A DNA stretch of 64,000 nucleotides from Antedon mediterranea (lineage: Eukaryota; Animalia; Echinodermata): assembly GCF_964355755.1 (NCBI RefSeq), contig NC_092670.1, positions 13,688,795 through 13,752,794 on the forward strand, written 5' to 3'. The position numbers and the translations under genes are program-made. This document shows, piece by piece, positions 1-12,135 of the stretch (the first letter of the stretch is position 1; each line of letters begins with the position of its first letter). The notes beneath the pieces were generated by a model. The model was given only the letters and a program-made list of their open reading frames with translations, was not told where the DNA came from and did no database searches.

Positions 1-299
1 CACTCAGTGGAATTCACCTGGGTCCTACTCAGGTCTCATAAAATATCCGTAACACAGCGAACTAGTATGACAAGAGTAGCCCCCGAAATAGCCAAATAAC
101 AATTAAGAATTAAATTATTTAAGGTGTGTAGATCACAGTAGTAGCATAAATATATAATACATAAATAAGCAATAATTACTAAGGTATTTTGTTATTGAGA
201 GTAAGGTACCACGGCAGTGGCTGGTATTAAATATATAATAAATGTTAACCGATGTATTACTGTACTTATATGGTGTTGTGTATAAAAAATGAAACAATA

Positions 300-500
300 A
301 TACCACAGGAACAGGATAGGTCCGAAAAACTACATCATTCTACCAAGAAAAGAATTATAGACAGACACCAGTGAATACAATACCAATAAGACTTCCCCTA
401 AACACGCCATTGATATGTTTTTCTGCATAATACATGTGTGTATTTTCTTTTTGTCTAGATTGCAAATAACAAACAAGTATGGCGGCAAAAGTACATACAC
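300..500 (+). pseudogene. Remnant of last intron/last exon of a VOPP1-like paralog (copy P0)
   Basis: Visible similarity to 6765-6985 and 12490-12740 (acaccagtgaatacaa vs acaccaatgaatacaa; ttttctgcataata; aacaagtatggcggcaaaagta vs aacaagcatgacagcacaagta). PPxY region absent. Confidence 0.5.
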
Positions 501-859
501 AGACTATAAAAGTACAATTGGCTTTATATATTTCAATGTTTGCGTAGAGGATTGCCGATTATTGTTAACGATAGCATCGAAAAACGATGAAATGTTAACG
601 ATTTACAGGAAAATGTACTCGATATCGTTATCATTTCAACTTGATCGTTTTCAAGCGATCGAACGATCATCGATTAACTGTTAACGATCAACGACGATAG
701 CGTCGAATATCGTCGACAGGAAAACAGGCTTTAGCGTTGCGATATCGCTGGAGTTGAACTGGATTTAACTCTTGCGATTATCAAGGATAGCGACTTAACG
801 TCAATTATTACATCTTTTCCTGTAAATCTCCGAAGTTTTGTATTACCATCGTTAGTTAA

Positions 860-1130
860 AAAAGGTACCTTTTTCTGTAAATCGTTTGATTTCTTAATTA
901 ATTCTATGTCTCCTGTGTCAAAAACGGAATTCAGTTTATTAATTAATTTATTGACTGTACAATTAAACCAGGGGTTTTGATTAGGGTACACTCTAACCTT
1001 CACAGTGGGTATACACAGATCCTCACAAAATCTTATATATGACACTATACAGTCTCTGTACAAATCTTATTGTCCTGCAATTAACATGGATCTCCAGTCT
1101 GTAGATTCCAAGCACCCTTGTAATCTTCCC
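860..1130 (-). mobile_element. Degenerate Rex1/Babar-like LINE ORF2 fragment (endonuclease-RT linker)
   Basis: Minus-strand RLQGCLESTDW (about 1126-1094) followed by YIRFCEDLCIPTVKVRVYPNQNPWFN, typical of this linker; interrupted reading frame. Confidence 0.7.
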
Positions 1131-1173
1131 GTGATTATAGAACGGATTACGTGACGTATGCTGTGTTTGCTAA

Positions 1174-1352
1174 AGCTTGGTTCCCACTAGAACGTAACGC
1201 AAGGACGTAAACGCAACGCAAGCGTTTTAACCAATGACAAGCGAAGTTATAGACAGTTAGCAATCACAAGCGGATAAGCCATCGCTTGTGATTGGTCAAT
1301 TCACTTGCGTTGCGTTACGTCCTTGCGTTGCGTCGCTAATGGGAACCACGCT
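1174..1352. mobile_element. PIF/Harbinger-like MITE, family A (TIR AGC(T/G)TGGTTCCCACTAG)
   Basis: Near-palindromic, agcttggttcccactag...ctaatgggaaccacgct, flanked by TAA/TTA; related copies at 36595, 44637, 44963, 48212, 48489, 52805. Confidence 0.8.
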
Positions 1353-2258
1353 TTAGGTTAGGTATATACTTTTATCTTTTAATTATAGTCCTACTGAACA
1401 ATTCATTCCGACACATTTCTACTCCATTAGGATAAAGCGAAGATAATTAATCACTTATACGTTTAATTTACACGAAATTATTGTTGACAGTTAATTACAC
1501 AATTAACTTCCGAACACTCGAAAAATTGAATAACGTGACATCGTAATAAGTGTATAGGTTCCTAGAAATGCGTGCGACTTTAATATAACCTGCATGTTGT
1601 GAGGAAATAACATAGCCATACCCTGTTGACCGAGGCGAAGAAGAAGCGGGGTGCTGGAGTTGTAATAGGTAGCATACATTGTATATCGTCATCATATCCC
1701 CTTTATACTAAAATGATACACATAAATTGACGCACGTAATCAAAAAGGAAAGGACTAATTACGGAACTGCTTGTTTGGCCAAATGATTTACGTTGCGTCG
1801 TACGTATCTGCGTCTCGTCCTAGTGGGAAACTTCCACTTACGATGTTAAAACTGTTAATACATATTGCATCTGATTGTCTGTATACTTTTTTTTTATACA
1901 CGGTGTTTTGAGATTACTTATTGACAAATGCATATACACAGGCATCACAAGGTGATTGAATAGACACCTACTGTATAATCATAAAAATGTAATAAAAGAC
2001 CAAATTGTGTTTCAATAAATTTGTTATAATACATATACATAATACATTGTTTTAATTGGTCAATTTTTAACGTTGACCCCTTATATCTCGATTCATATTA
2101 AAAATGAATATATAGGCTAGTTGAATTGCTTCCTAGATAAGAAAGGAATTATTTCCGCCAATAAGAACTTTAACACATAATACGATTGACACCATAAAAG
2201 TTGGTTCATGTTTTGTACTTTGTACTACTTGCATTCATTTTAATTACATAATGATTAG

Positions 2259-2600
2259 ATGTACACTATTTATCTCATGATATCACTGTACTCAAGCCAA
2301 CTGGCCAACACTCATGTAGTATTTCACACCGATAACCTACCCAATGTCTATCATGTTAACAGCAAAACTAGTTCTAATTCTGATGTAATGCGCATAATCA
2401 GGCCGTTAGTGTTAGTATTACTTACACATAATATACATCTAACCGCCAGGCATATACCAGGTATTAAAAATATAAGTGATGCAATTTTCCGTTCACAGAT
2501 AAAGCAAAAACTTCTCAAACAGTTCGGAATGCATCAAAACCCATTAACAATACCACCGCATCTGCTACCAGAGAACTTCGCTGCATTCAAGAAAATCTGA
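2259..2600 (+). CDS. DIRS-type RNase H domain (C-terminal fragment of RT/RH ORF)
   Basis: HTDN motif, RIIRPLVLVLLTHNIHLTARHIPGIKNISDAIFR matches RNase_HI_RT_DIRS1 pattern; RT portion missing. Confidence 0.85.
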   Translation: MYTIYLMISLYSSQLANTHVVFHTDNLPNVYHVNSKTSSNSDVMRIIRPLVLVLLTHNIHLTARHIPGIKNISDAIFRSQIKQKLLKQFGMHQNPLTIPPHLLPENFAAFKKI

Positions 2601-2662
2601 TAAGAGCTTCCGTCACGACTGGAACCAGAAAATCATACAACAGGGCGTGGTCAACCTTACTT

Positions 2663-3463
2663 ATGTTTCTACAAAGCCACCACCTACCACATCAAATGCC
2701 TATCTCACCACCCCACATCTCACTTTTCGTCTGCCACCTCTTTCGGACAGGTCTCAACCAAAATACCATAAAAACGTATCTAAGTGCCATTGCATTCATG
2801 CACAAAATTACCAACAACCCAGACCCTACTACCATACCATTGTTAACTATTGTCACAAGAGGTGCTGGGAAGCTATACAACGTTGCCAGCCGCCGCCGAC
2901 GCCTTTACCCGGTTACCACTACTATAATGGCGAAGCTTCTCGCTCAACTCAAAGTTATTAAGAGCAACAAATACGAAAGGAACCTTTATAAAGCTTTGTT
3001 CTTCACCTGTTATTACTACGCTTGTGCGAGAGCAAGTGAAATGGTACGGACCAATAATCCGGAACACGTCCTAAAACTGCGCGACATTACCATATCACAC
3101 GCTAATGTTACCTTACAATTTAAATCCTTCAAACACCACAAGGGCAAATCCCAACATTTCAGCATTAGCAAAAAAGGAAACAGCATATTATGCCCGGTAC
3201 AGGCGTTACAGGATTACAATTCGATCAGGCCTACGACTCGGAGGCAATTTTTCATATTTCAAACCGGAGCTCCACTACTTAGGAAACATTTAAGTCATAC
3301 GTTAAAAGAAGCCGCGTTACACGCCAACTTAGACCACACCCGGTACAACACTCACTCGTTCAGAATCGGAAGAGCCACGCAACTTAGGGACCTGGGCGCA
3401 GGTGAACAAGAAATTAAAGCTACCGGAAGATGGAAAAGCGACGCATATAAACGATATATCTGA
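2663..3463 (+). CDS. Tyrosine recombinase of DIRS/Ngaro element
   Basis: ARASE (Arg), HSFRIGRAT (HxxR), GRWKS (Trp), YKRYI (Tyr). Frame stays open upstream to about 2481 (ASVTTGTRKSYNRAW), overlapping RNase H. Confidence 0.92.
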   Translation: MFLQSHHLPHQMPISPPHISLFVCHLFRTGLNQNTIKTYLSAIAFMHKITNNPDPTTIPLLTIVTRGAGKLYNVASRRRRLYPVTTTIMAKLLAQLKVIKSNKYERNLYKALFFTCYYYACARASEMVRTNNPEHVLKLRDITISHANVTLQFKSFKHHKGKSQHFSISKKGNSILCPVQALQDYNSIRPTTRRQFFIFQTGAPLLRKHLSHTLKEAALHANLDHTRYNTHSFRIGRATQLRDLGAGEQEIKATGRWKSDAYKRYI

Positions 3464-4726
3464 CCCCACTGCATAACTCTTAGTAATGACTAATAAAAAT
3501 GTACATTTACATTATAACTCACTTACATCCATGCGTCTATTTATGTTTTTTTTTCCCTTTAGTATTGTTTATTGGCGATGTGTTAGTACAACTTTGCTCC
3601 CATTGCAGTGCACGGTAGTGGAGCCCTCGGATTAGCCTTGGGTGGAAGGTGCTGATGCTCAACATACTGCCATGAAGTATCTGCGTATACTTTCATGGGG
3701 AGCATCGTTGTATTAATGGTGATTTTTGTACCTATCAGTCTCTTTGAAGACATTTCCATTTTGTCTCAGTTTCATGTGGGTAAGTTGTTGTTTCCTGCAC
3801 TTTGGTGGGCTGCTCTTGGCGGTGCCTTGGCACCTGCCACGGGCTATTTTTCTCTGAGCATCCCTGTTGTGCTTACTTAGAATTGGAAAATTATTGCTAT
3901 ATAACTTATATTTGCTTATGACTTTTATGTGCAGTTTTACATGGGCGAATGTTAATTTACTAATAAACTATTTAAGCCAGAACTTATGTTGTATGCATCT
4001 TTATTTGGTATTCTATGAGTTTGTTAATTTCCGCTGTCTCTGAGTAGCAAAATAATGATTGATTATACACCCGATTCTTTAACCGTTACTATGTACTGAA
4101 CTAGAGTTACTCCTCACTTATCATTTATATTTATGTCTGCTGTATTCCATTCTTGTTTTGTTATTTTGGAAATCGCGCATAGTGCAGTGATGTTACCGTA
4201 TACTTTTTTCGTCGTATTTGGAGTAATCAGTTGTATAACAGTAAGTATAATAATTACAACCATGGTTTAGTAACTTGGCATATCGGTTTCTTGAAAGTAA
4301 ATCTTTGTAGAAAAAAAAATGAATCATAATGCTGTAATAGTATACAAATGGAAACGTTTGTAAGTCTATTCTCCATTATTGAACACTACCAAATTAGTTA
4401 TTAGCCTATTATGAATAAGTATAATTTTTGTATCGGTACCTATTGTTAGGCCTCATTGAATTTTTAATCGGGGTAAATTATGATTCTAACTAATTGCTTA
4501 ATATACATATTATCGGAGCACTTGAGAGGCATAGCAATTTCTTCAATAAAGATTGGTTTAGAAATACCCCAAACAATACGTACGTTAAACTGCATTTTGT
4601 TTCAGTGAAAATATACATAGCCTAGATACAAAAAACGGCTGAGAAAATGTAACAGGCATTAAACTATACCAATGTATACGCCTTTTATCACATTGAAATA
4701 ATAATAATCATGACATTAAAACTACA

Positions 4727-5106
4727 ATTTTATTTTATTTTAATTTTATTTTATTCCATCGAAACCAACAGCGATGATTACCGCCACTAACAGGTTTGAT
4801 ACAAACAAAGTAATGACTGTTTAAAGCACCTTGATTGGTCCTAACATTGATTAAGGGCTTCTTTCGTCCAGTGTCCACCTTGACCAGAGGAAAGGCATGG
4901 GCCAATACGTCTGAGGCAGATACTAGATGCAGGGGCTGCCATAAGAGTCAGCAGTGCTGATTTCAAATGCCTAACAGGACCCCAGCTCCATATACAGCAC
5001 CCGATATTCCCGGATGGTCTCCTATCAAAGCTCTAACCAGGCCCAACGTTGCTTAACTTCGGTGATCTGACGAGAACCGGTATTTCAACGTGGTAAAGCC
5101 GTATTA
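4727..5106 (-). mobile_element. 5S rRNA-derived SINE (SINE3-like)
   Basis: 5S head (5106-4990), about 235-bp body, (AAAAT)n tail at 4755-4727; no oligo-T terminator after the 5S part. Confidence 0.65.
4990..5106 (-). rRNA. 5S rRNA-like sequence (diverged; SINE head or pseudogene)
   Basis: Reverse complement tacggctttaccacgttgaaataccggttctcgtcagatcaccgaagttaagcaacgttgggcctggttag...gggaatatcgggtgctgta closely follows metazoan 5S rRNA with scattered substitutions in the box C region. Confidence 0.85.
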
Positions 5107-7945
5107 GCAAATGCAGGAGGAAATCGCCAGGGTAGCAACTAACATAGGATGCAAAATATCGAATGAGCAATAAGTGATATGGGTGTATAATTACAAAACT
5201 ATTGTTATTAGTATTACTTTGGTAATTATTGTTTTAATGAATGGCAACATTGTTGTTTTTTACAGGTTGCCATTCGTATACGACCTGTACTGACTCACGT
5301 AATCGGCTTTATACGTCAGTTATGCCTTGATAGATGCGTTTATACGAACACAGACGCGGGTTTCTGTTTTTCATTTATAATGTTGCGCATGTGGCGGTGA
5401 CGTGCTCGTTCATTCCGATGTTCATACCCTTTCCGCCGAAGCTTTACATCTGCCTAATTATCTATGCTGTCTATGCATTACGGCAGCTCATATCCGTAAA
5501 CTGTCTCATAGTTACTTAAATGAGGCACTACTTACAGATATCTATTAGTTATTGTGTACGTGTCTATTCTAACTATCTAATAAAAGTTTTAAATGTACTT
5601 GTGTATTGTGTTAGTTCAAAAGGGAATCAGTTAGTAAATATTAATTATTATATAATTCTTATTATTATTATCATGTTTGTCAGGTGTTGTATTGTTGTTA
5701 TGATTCATGTTGCAACAACAATGACGATCAGAACTATGGGTGGTACTTTTGGTAAGCCAATGCCTTCAAAACCAAAAATATATCTAAATACCAATGCTTT
5801 TATAGAAGTTAAGTTTTGATTCGTTTTATAAACTACATTTTATTACTGTTGCTCAAAAGGTTTTTTATTTTTCTGTTATTGGCAATAACAAATTGAAAAA
5901 AAATAGGAAACAATAATTATAATAATCAATGTCATTTAGTAAAAAAAATCATTTTATAAATGGAATGGTGTAAGATGAATGCTGGACGGTTAATAATTAA
6001 TGATGATGATGTAATTGTGATGATAACGACAAAAATATATAATTATACTAATAAACTAATACTACTAATAATAATGTTACAAACGGGTTTTTTTGCAAGA
6101 GGTGCGTATGTTCGTTCAAGTCTGAACATGTGAGGAACATGTAAATTAGATTCAATTAATTTTTTGTCTTATTATTTTTTTTTTAAATGATAAGTAATTA
6201 TTTATTTATTTGTTTTTTTTTTATTGTACCAATTACTTTTATAACATTTGTTGTAGGTTTTTACTTTGTTTAATATTAACATTAGGCCGTGCAATAGGCA
6301 TAAGAATCACTAGTATTAATTATTACAAATCAACGGCAAATTGTATTTGCTGTATGTGTTGAATAATAAAGGTGATCCGGTAAGGTCTACTCGTAAGTAC
6401 GTTGAAAAAGACGACAGTTAATTATTGTTTATGAGTTATGACGAAAACATTTGAAATGATGACAACGCATATGATTATGAACGCAAATAAGGAATGGTAA
6501 TGAATGACTATGATGATAAGAAGAACTGTTTGTAAACCAACAATGTGTACTGCTAAAAAAAACAATTGCTTTGTCTTAATTATGCCAAGCAAAATGAATT
6601 TCCATTTTTTAAATACAATTTTTTTAATCGAGAATCTTTAATGTTGTCAATATATATTTGTTTATATTTCCTTTTCACATACCACAGTCGTTTTAGGCCT
6701 ACAGATAGGTTACCATAATAACTGACGAAGATAAGACTGTACGAAAGTATACAAATTACAAATACAACAGTAACGGGGAAGTCCCAAAAAATTCCATCAT
6801 TTACAAACACTGAACAAGAGTAAAAAAAGGACACACCAATGAATACAACATCAATTGAACACCTCCATCCATCAATAGGCCTAAATCAATACTAATTTTT
6901 CTGCATAATATTTTTTTTTTTTTTAAAGTTTAGTATGACAGCACAAGGATTTGTTCTGCTTCCCCCATGGTAAACGCATCTTACCAATTTTACAAAAAAA
7001 AAAGAAATTATTTTGGGTTATATCTTTATTCAGCTATTCCAAATAATGTTGTTTGATTTCGGGTTCTGATAGACAGCACATGCTTCTATATCAGATCAGA
7101 ACCATTGTATTACTATGATTTTAAATTATAACTATATAACAAAAATATAAACTCAACCCATAGTTAATGTGAATTTCAGAAGGAAGGAATATATATAATC
7201 TTGATACTCAGATCAATAGTTTATATTAAAATATCTTTATACGCAGAATGTTAGATTATTATTGACATAATTATTATGCTAATAAAAATTTCAAATAAAA
7301 AAAACATCAAATTGTATAAATCATTATACAATTTCATGTGTTACGTTTGCGGCAGAAATTCAACCCAAAAAGTTGGCTGAAACATGTTAGCTTTTGCCTG
7401 TTGATAATGTTGACCTATGTATAACCATGTAGAGAAATTGTATAATTGTGTGCATGGTAACACTTTATATAGGCCTAATGTATGCCTATAAAGATAATTA
7501 TTATGTATCTATCATTATAGTGTTTTATGAATCAACATTGTTTCAATAACATAAATGAATTGTTTATCCTATTAAAACATGTTAAAATGCTGTTTATATT
7601 AAACACGCTGTGTACATAATTTATTGGGTTTTTTGTTTGATAGTTAGCAAAAAAATTACCTATAACATTGTATTAAATCGTGTAAATTAGCTCCCATATT
7701 TTTTCAACCCTTATCATAGAGAAAAGTCGACAACGGCAAGCAAAAAAAAATCCCCCGTTGTCGAGAAAAGTCGACACTTAGACTTGCTTAGACATAGGTT
7801 TAGATATACAGATATTTAAATACCTTCCAACCCTCTAACGTTTGGAAAATAAATCTATGAGGTCAAGGGATAAATTTGCTTTCGAAATATGGAAACCATT
7901 ATTTGAAAATACTTCATAAATATCATTTGGACCGGAAACAGATGA

Positions 7946-9122
7946 TTTTTAGTCGCGTGGAAGCGACTCTATAGTTCACTATGTCGGTCAGTTGGTCGGT
8001 CTGTCTGTCTGTCGGTCTGCCTGTCGGTCTTTCTGTCTGTCTGTCGGTCCGGTATCACTATGCGTTTTATCGCTTTCTGACATTATGTTGATATCAGTTC
8101 AATCTAGCTAGGTCAATTTTTCACAGTATATTCCTTATGGCCAGGAATCAATGTGGTTATGTTTTCACGGTGCGCAATAAAAAATTACGCGGTCTACGCA
8201 CGATTTAACGAAATCACGTTTGTAATCATATCTTGACAACCATGAATCACAATTAAATAAAATTTGGTACTCATAAATTTCAGGGCATAAATCATCATAT
8301 GGCAATACAATTACGTGCGTAGCGCATGTAACGCATGCGTACGCGCGCTTAAAATTTTCAAAATTTATTTTCGATGAAATAAGAGTACATTTCAGGCAAT
8401 TTTAAGCGTTTACAAAATTGCCATGAGTGCGCATATTTTTGCGCGTTAAATGTTATTGTGCACTCTTTTTGCCCGATTTCTGTTTTCTTGACTTACTTTT
8501 CAACTCGAAATTACGTTATACGAGCACGTCGAAAGTGACAGGCTACGCACGTGTAAATTAAAAAATATAAATGTTTTTAAACAAATATCTTCACAACCAT
8601 GAATCACAATTAAATAAAATTTGGTACTCATAAATTTCAGGGCATAAATCATCATATGGCAATACAATTACGTGCGTAGCGCATGTAACGCATGCGTACG
8701 CGCGCTTAAAATTTTCAAAATTTATTTTCGATGAAATAAGAGTACATTTCAGGCAATTTTAAGCGTTTACAAAATTGCCATGAGTGCGCATATTTTTGCG
8801 CGTTAAATGTTATTGTGCACTCTTTTTGCCCGATTTCTGTTTTCTTGACTTACTTTTCAACTCGAAATTACGTTATACGAGCACGTCGAAAGTGACAGGC
8901 TACGCACGTGTAAATTAAAAAATATAAATGTTTTTAAACATTTCAACATTTTTAAACATGTTCAGTAATTTCGGTCAGTATAGTTCACTATGTCGGTCGG
9001 CCGGTCTGTCTGTCTGTCGGTCTGTCTGTCGGTCTGTCTGTCGGTCTGTCTGTCGGTCTGTCTGTCGGTCCGGTATCACTATGCATTGTAGCACGCGACT
9101 TAATGGCTTTGGCCTTGTTTTT
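7946..9122 (+). mobile_element. Non-autonomous Helentron-associated (HINE/DINE-1-like) element
   Basis: T-run start, subterminal IR agtcgcgtg (7951) / cacgcgact (9092), (CTGT/CGGT)n microsatellites near both ends, ends ggccttgtt in T-run. Confidence 0.65.
8228..8940. repeat. 2 x 357-bp near-identical tandem duplication
   Basis: 8228-8583 repeated at 8585-8940. Confidence 0.95.
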
Positions 9123-11169
9123 AATTGGTTGTAATTACGATCGCATAGTATGTACATAGAACCCGCTAATTGATGTGCGAGGAACTTTAAAGGGAAATTT
9201 GACTACGCAATGTGAAGCTATGCCAAGGCATGTAGCGATAGAAATAAATCGTTCTTTAGGCCTATAGCCTTGAAGAATGGATTGACATAGGCCTAGGCCT
9301 AGACAAACCGGACGGCAAGGTAAGACTAGTTTATAATTTCACATAAGAGCATGTCTTTTTTTGCTTAGATAAATGCACATATTTATTTTATAAATGAATC
9401 AAATACTTATTATCAAATGTTTATATTTCGTGTTTTATTAGTGACTTTGACTATGACTATTTGGAATACAAATTTGCTGAGCCTACTAGGCCTAGCCAAC
9501 AACTGTTAATCTTTTAATCTTTCAAAGATCGACTGATCTTTATAGAACTATTAAATATCTGCCAATCCATCTTGAATCGAATGAAGAAGATTATATCATT
9601 GAAAAAAAGGCGGGCGATTTTAGGTCGTAGACTAGTGAAAGAGACTAAATACACCATAAACGGTACATTGCAACTACGAGGAAATTTATTGGGTTTCGAT
9701 CGCACATATACGCATTAGATCAAAATCAAAAGCAAGTATTATACTTTTGTTTGTTATAAATTGACGTAAATTGACATATTTAATATTTCATTTGACATTT
9801 ACGACAATCTACTTGTATAATTCAAAATAAAGTTTAAAATTACACTTTCTAAACTGAATGTTACTATATGTTATAATCTATATATACATTATGGTAGATT
9901 CTGACATAGGCGAGCACAATGGTAAAACTTCGGTACAAATCTCTGCCTTGGATACCTACCTAATCTATCTCAGATGTACCGTGAAATGTAAATTTGAAAA
10001 CATTAGTTTTCACTATAACGATATTGTTCCATATTTCTATCTTAGGAAGATATTATAAAGGATTTTATAACAACATTTTTTAATTCATCAGTATATTTTC
10101 AATTCAATTTCAATTGAACGCGGGTCGAAGTAATTTCCGGGTTCACGATAAGTTCACATGTTCACATTCGGATCGGACCGCGCGTGTGAGGATGAAGGTA
10201 CGGTAGTTAAAAAATAAAAATTGTACTGCAAATTAATAAAGATCATATTAAATACACGCCATAAAGCATCGGAATATATTGTAGGGAATAGTATTATAAA
10301 ATTACATAGGGAGATCTGATGAAATCACGATAGCCGAGTTTTATTGAGTAAGCTGGCAGGTATAACTGTAGGCTCCCTGTGTCCCGTGCGTTAGGACCGG
10401 GATGTCTGCCTATGTTGCAAGACGTCTAAAACGTCTTCCTTCTTAGGCCGAAACGGCCCACTCTGTCGCGGAAGTTAGTTTCAAAAGATGTTTAAATTAA
10501 ATAATGTATTAATTATTAGGATGACATTTATTTGAATAAACGCCTCCCAATAAAACATCACTTTGAATAATAATCCACACAATATTGTATTATATTTATA
10601 GTAACACAATGATACTATTTGTAGTAGAATTCATCGCACTGTTATCTACAATTTACCAAGCATTTTTGTTATTCTTTTTTACCACTTTTCATATCTATTA
10701 GAGGATTTTATTTGATTATAAATGTTACTTATGCTGTTATTATTAAAACGAAAACATATCTCTTGAATAAGCACCTCCCTCAAATGAACTCCGCCTCCTC
10801 ACCTCAGCCCTATAAAAGGGCCCTACCAAACAATACACACTATGCCTACTTTAAAATGTTATTAATCATCGAAGACACTGTGAAACAGAGTAGGTTTAGT
10901 TTTACGAATGTCAGGCATTTTCAATAATGGTAACCGACAGTAAACGTACAAGGAGAACGTCCTTTTTACCCGAGTCATTCCGAGAACCATCGTCTACACT
11001 TCCTAGTTAATAGTAATATTAGTATACGCGAAAGCTATACGATTTATTTCTGGATATTTTACTTCAATTACATTTTTGCTTATTTTATTTGTATCTCTAT
11101 TTTGCCTTTTTATTGAAATAATTATCCATAAAGCATCGGTATTTTCTAGTTAGACATTGATATGTCGAT

Positions 11170-11411
11170 ATACAGTTACAGTCGCGTTCGAAACACGTTA
11201 GCCTAAAAACGGTTCAACAAAATTAGAACTCTCGACACACGTTTAATTTACCCCTTTGATATATAAACTATAATATGGAAATGGCAATATAAAAGTTGAT
11301 ATACAGGTGGCCTTCCTGAACCACCTGGATCAAGCGGTGGTGGAAATCGTCGATTTGCGTGAATTCTGTTTTGTATGTTGACAGACACCACACGTCCTGA
11401 ACGTTTTTCTG
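11170..11411 (-). pseudogene. Duplicated fragment of TM exon/intron of the minus-strand VOPP1-like gene
   Basis: 11311-11411 aligns with 14418-14518 (gaaccacctgg.tcaagcggtggtggaaatcgtcgatt...cacgtcctgaacgtttttctg), weaker similarity extends into the intron. Confidence 0.85.
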
Positions 11412-11577
11412 ATCAAATCAAATTATCAGAAACAATTATTTCTTATTTAACTTTTACTTTTACAAATTTGGTTTTCGGGTTCTAATTGCTTTCTTCTTCA
11501 TTGTTGTTGCAATCATAGGCACCGTTGTCTGTGCTAAAATAGGGATGTGTTGTTTGTATTGCAACATTTGCTGTAAT

Positions 11578-12135
11578 TCACACCAAAACTCCGGAGTGTC
11601 TCCGGAGACACCTCGGGGTTTATGACCATTCAAAACGTCGAAAAACTCCGGAGATACCCCTTTCACACCAATCTAGCAACACCGGGGTTTATAAAATAAA
11701 ATTGTAAATGTCGCCCTCTATTTTGTTTGTTTACATAGCGACGATCAATAGAATAATTTTAATTAACAATATTTTTAATTTAATAATTACTTTCAAAAGT
11801 CTCAGAAATAATATAATGTTTTATTGATACTAGTTATTATTTTTTAAACCCGCTATATATTTTGTACAGATATTTAAAGTATTTTGAAATAAAACTAAAG
11901 CAATGAGTGATCGTGTGAGGATGACCTTTTGACCCGAAACACTCCGGAGTTTGATGTTGGTACCTTTCACACCAAAACACCGGGGTGTCCCCGCAGTTCA
12001 CTCTCCGGAGAATGTTCAGCTGTTCAACCCCGCAGTTTTAAACTCCGGAGTTGCTTGATTTTACCTTTCACACCAAACAGCGGGGCGTCAACTCCGGGGT
12101 GTCTCCGGAGTTTTGCTTTTGGTGTGAAAGGGGTA
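11578..12135. mobile_element. Harbinger-like non-autonomous element with internal CCGGAG/CACACCAAA inverted motifs
   Basis: tacccctttcacacca (11656) vs tggtgtgaaaggggta (about 12120-12135); many aactccggag repeats in both orientations around an AT-rich core. Confidence 0.7.

Larger units (their letters stand above)
2259..3500 (+). mobile_element. 5'-truncated DIRS/Ngaro tyrosine-recombinase retrotransposon
   Basis: DIRS-type RNase H ORF overlapped by a tyrosine recombinase ORF, AATAAA at about 3493. Confidence 0.9.
4190..6985 (+). pseudogene. VOPP1/WBP1-like paralog P1, probable pseudogene
   Basis: Exon1 4190-4240 MLPYTFFVVFGVISCIT|gtaagt; exon2 5266-5314 (49 nt, 1 short of phase); exon3 5684-5751 YCCYDSCCNNNDDQNYGWYFW (68 nt, 1 short); TM exon from 6257 FLLCLILTLGRAIG with in-frame stop; last exon MTAQGFVLLPPW* about 6934-6972. 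Confidence 0.75.

Noticed and set aside
415-730. 89-aa ORF
   Set aside because: Runs from paralog intron remnant into a CGAT-rich palindromic transposon fragment; no protein-like signal.
2647-3293. Alternative-frame ORFs overlapping the recombinase
   Set aside because: Shadow ORFs of the YR coding sequence.
4341-4359. Micro-exon candidate tag|tatacaaatggaaacgttt|gtaagt in P1
   Set aside because: Would add an exon absent from the family structure and does not fix the exon 3 frame.
8928-9157. RSVC/DRQT repeat ORFs
   Set aside because: Translation of the (CTGT/CGGT)n microsatellite.
10316-10470. Hammerhead from CTGATGA plus distant GAAAC
   Set aside because: No stem II pairing at the core; not called a ribozyme.
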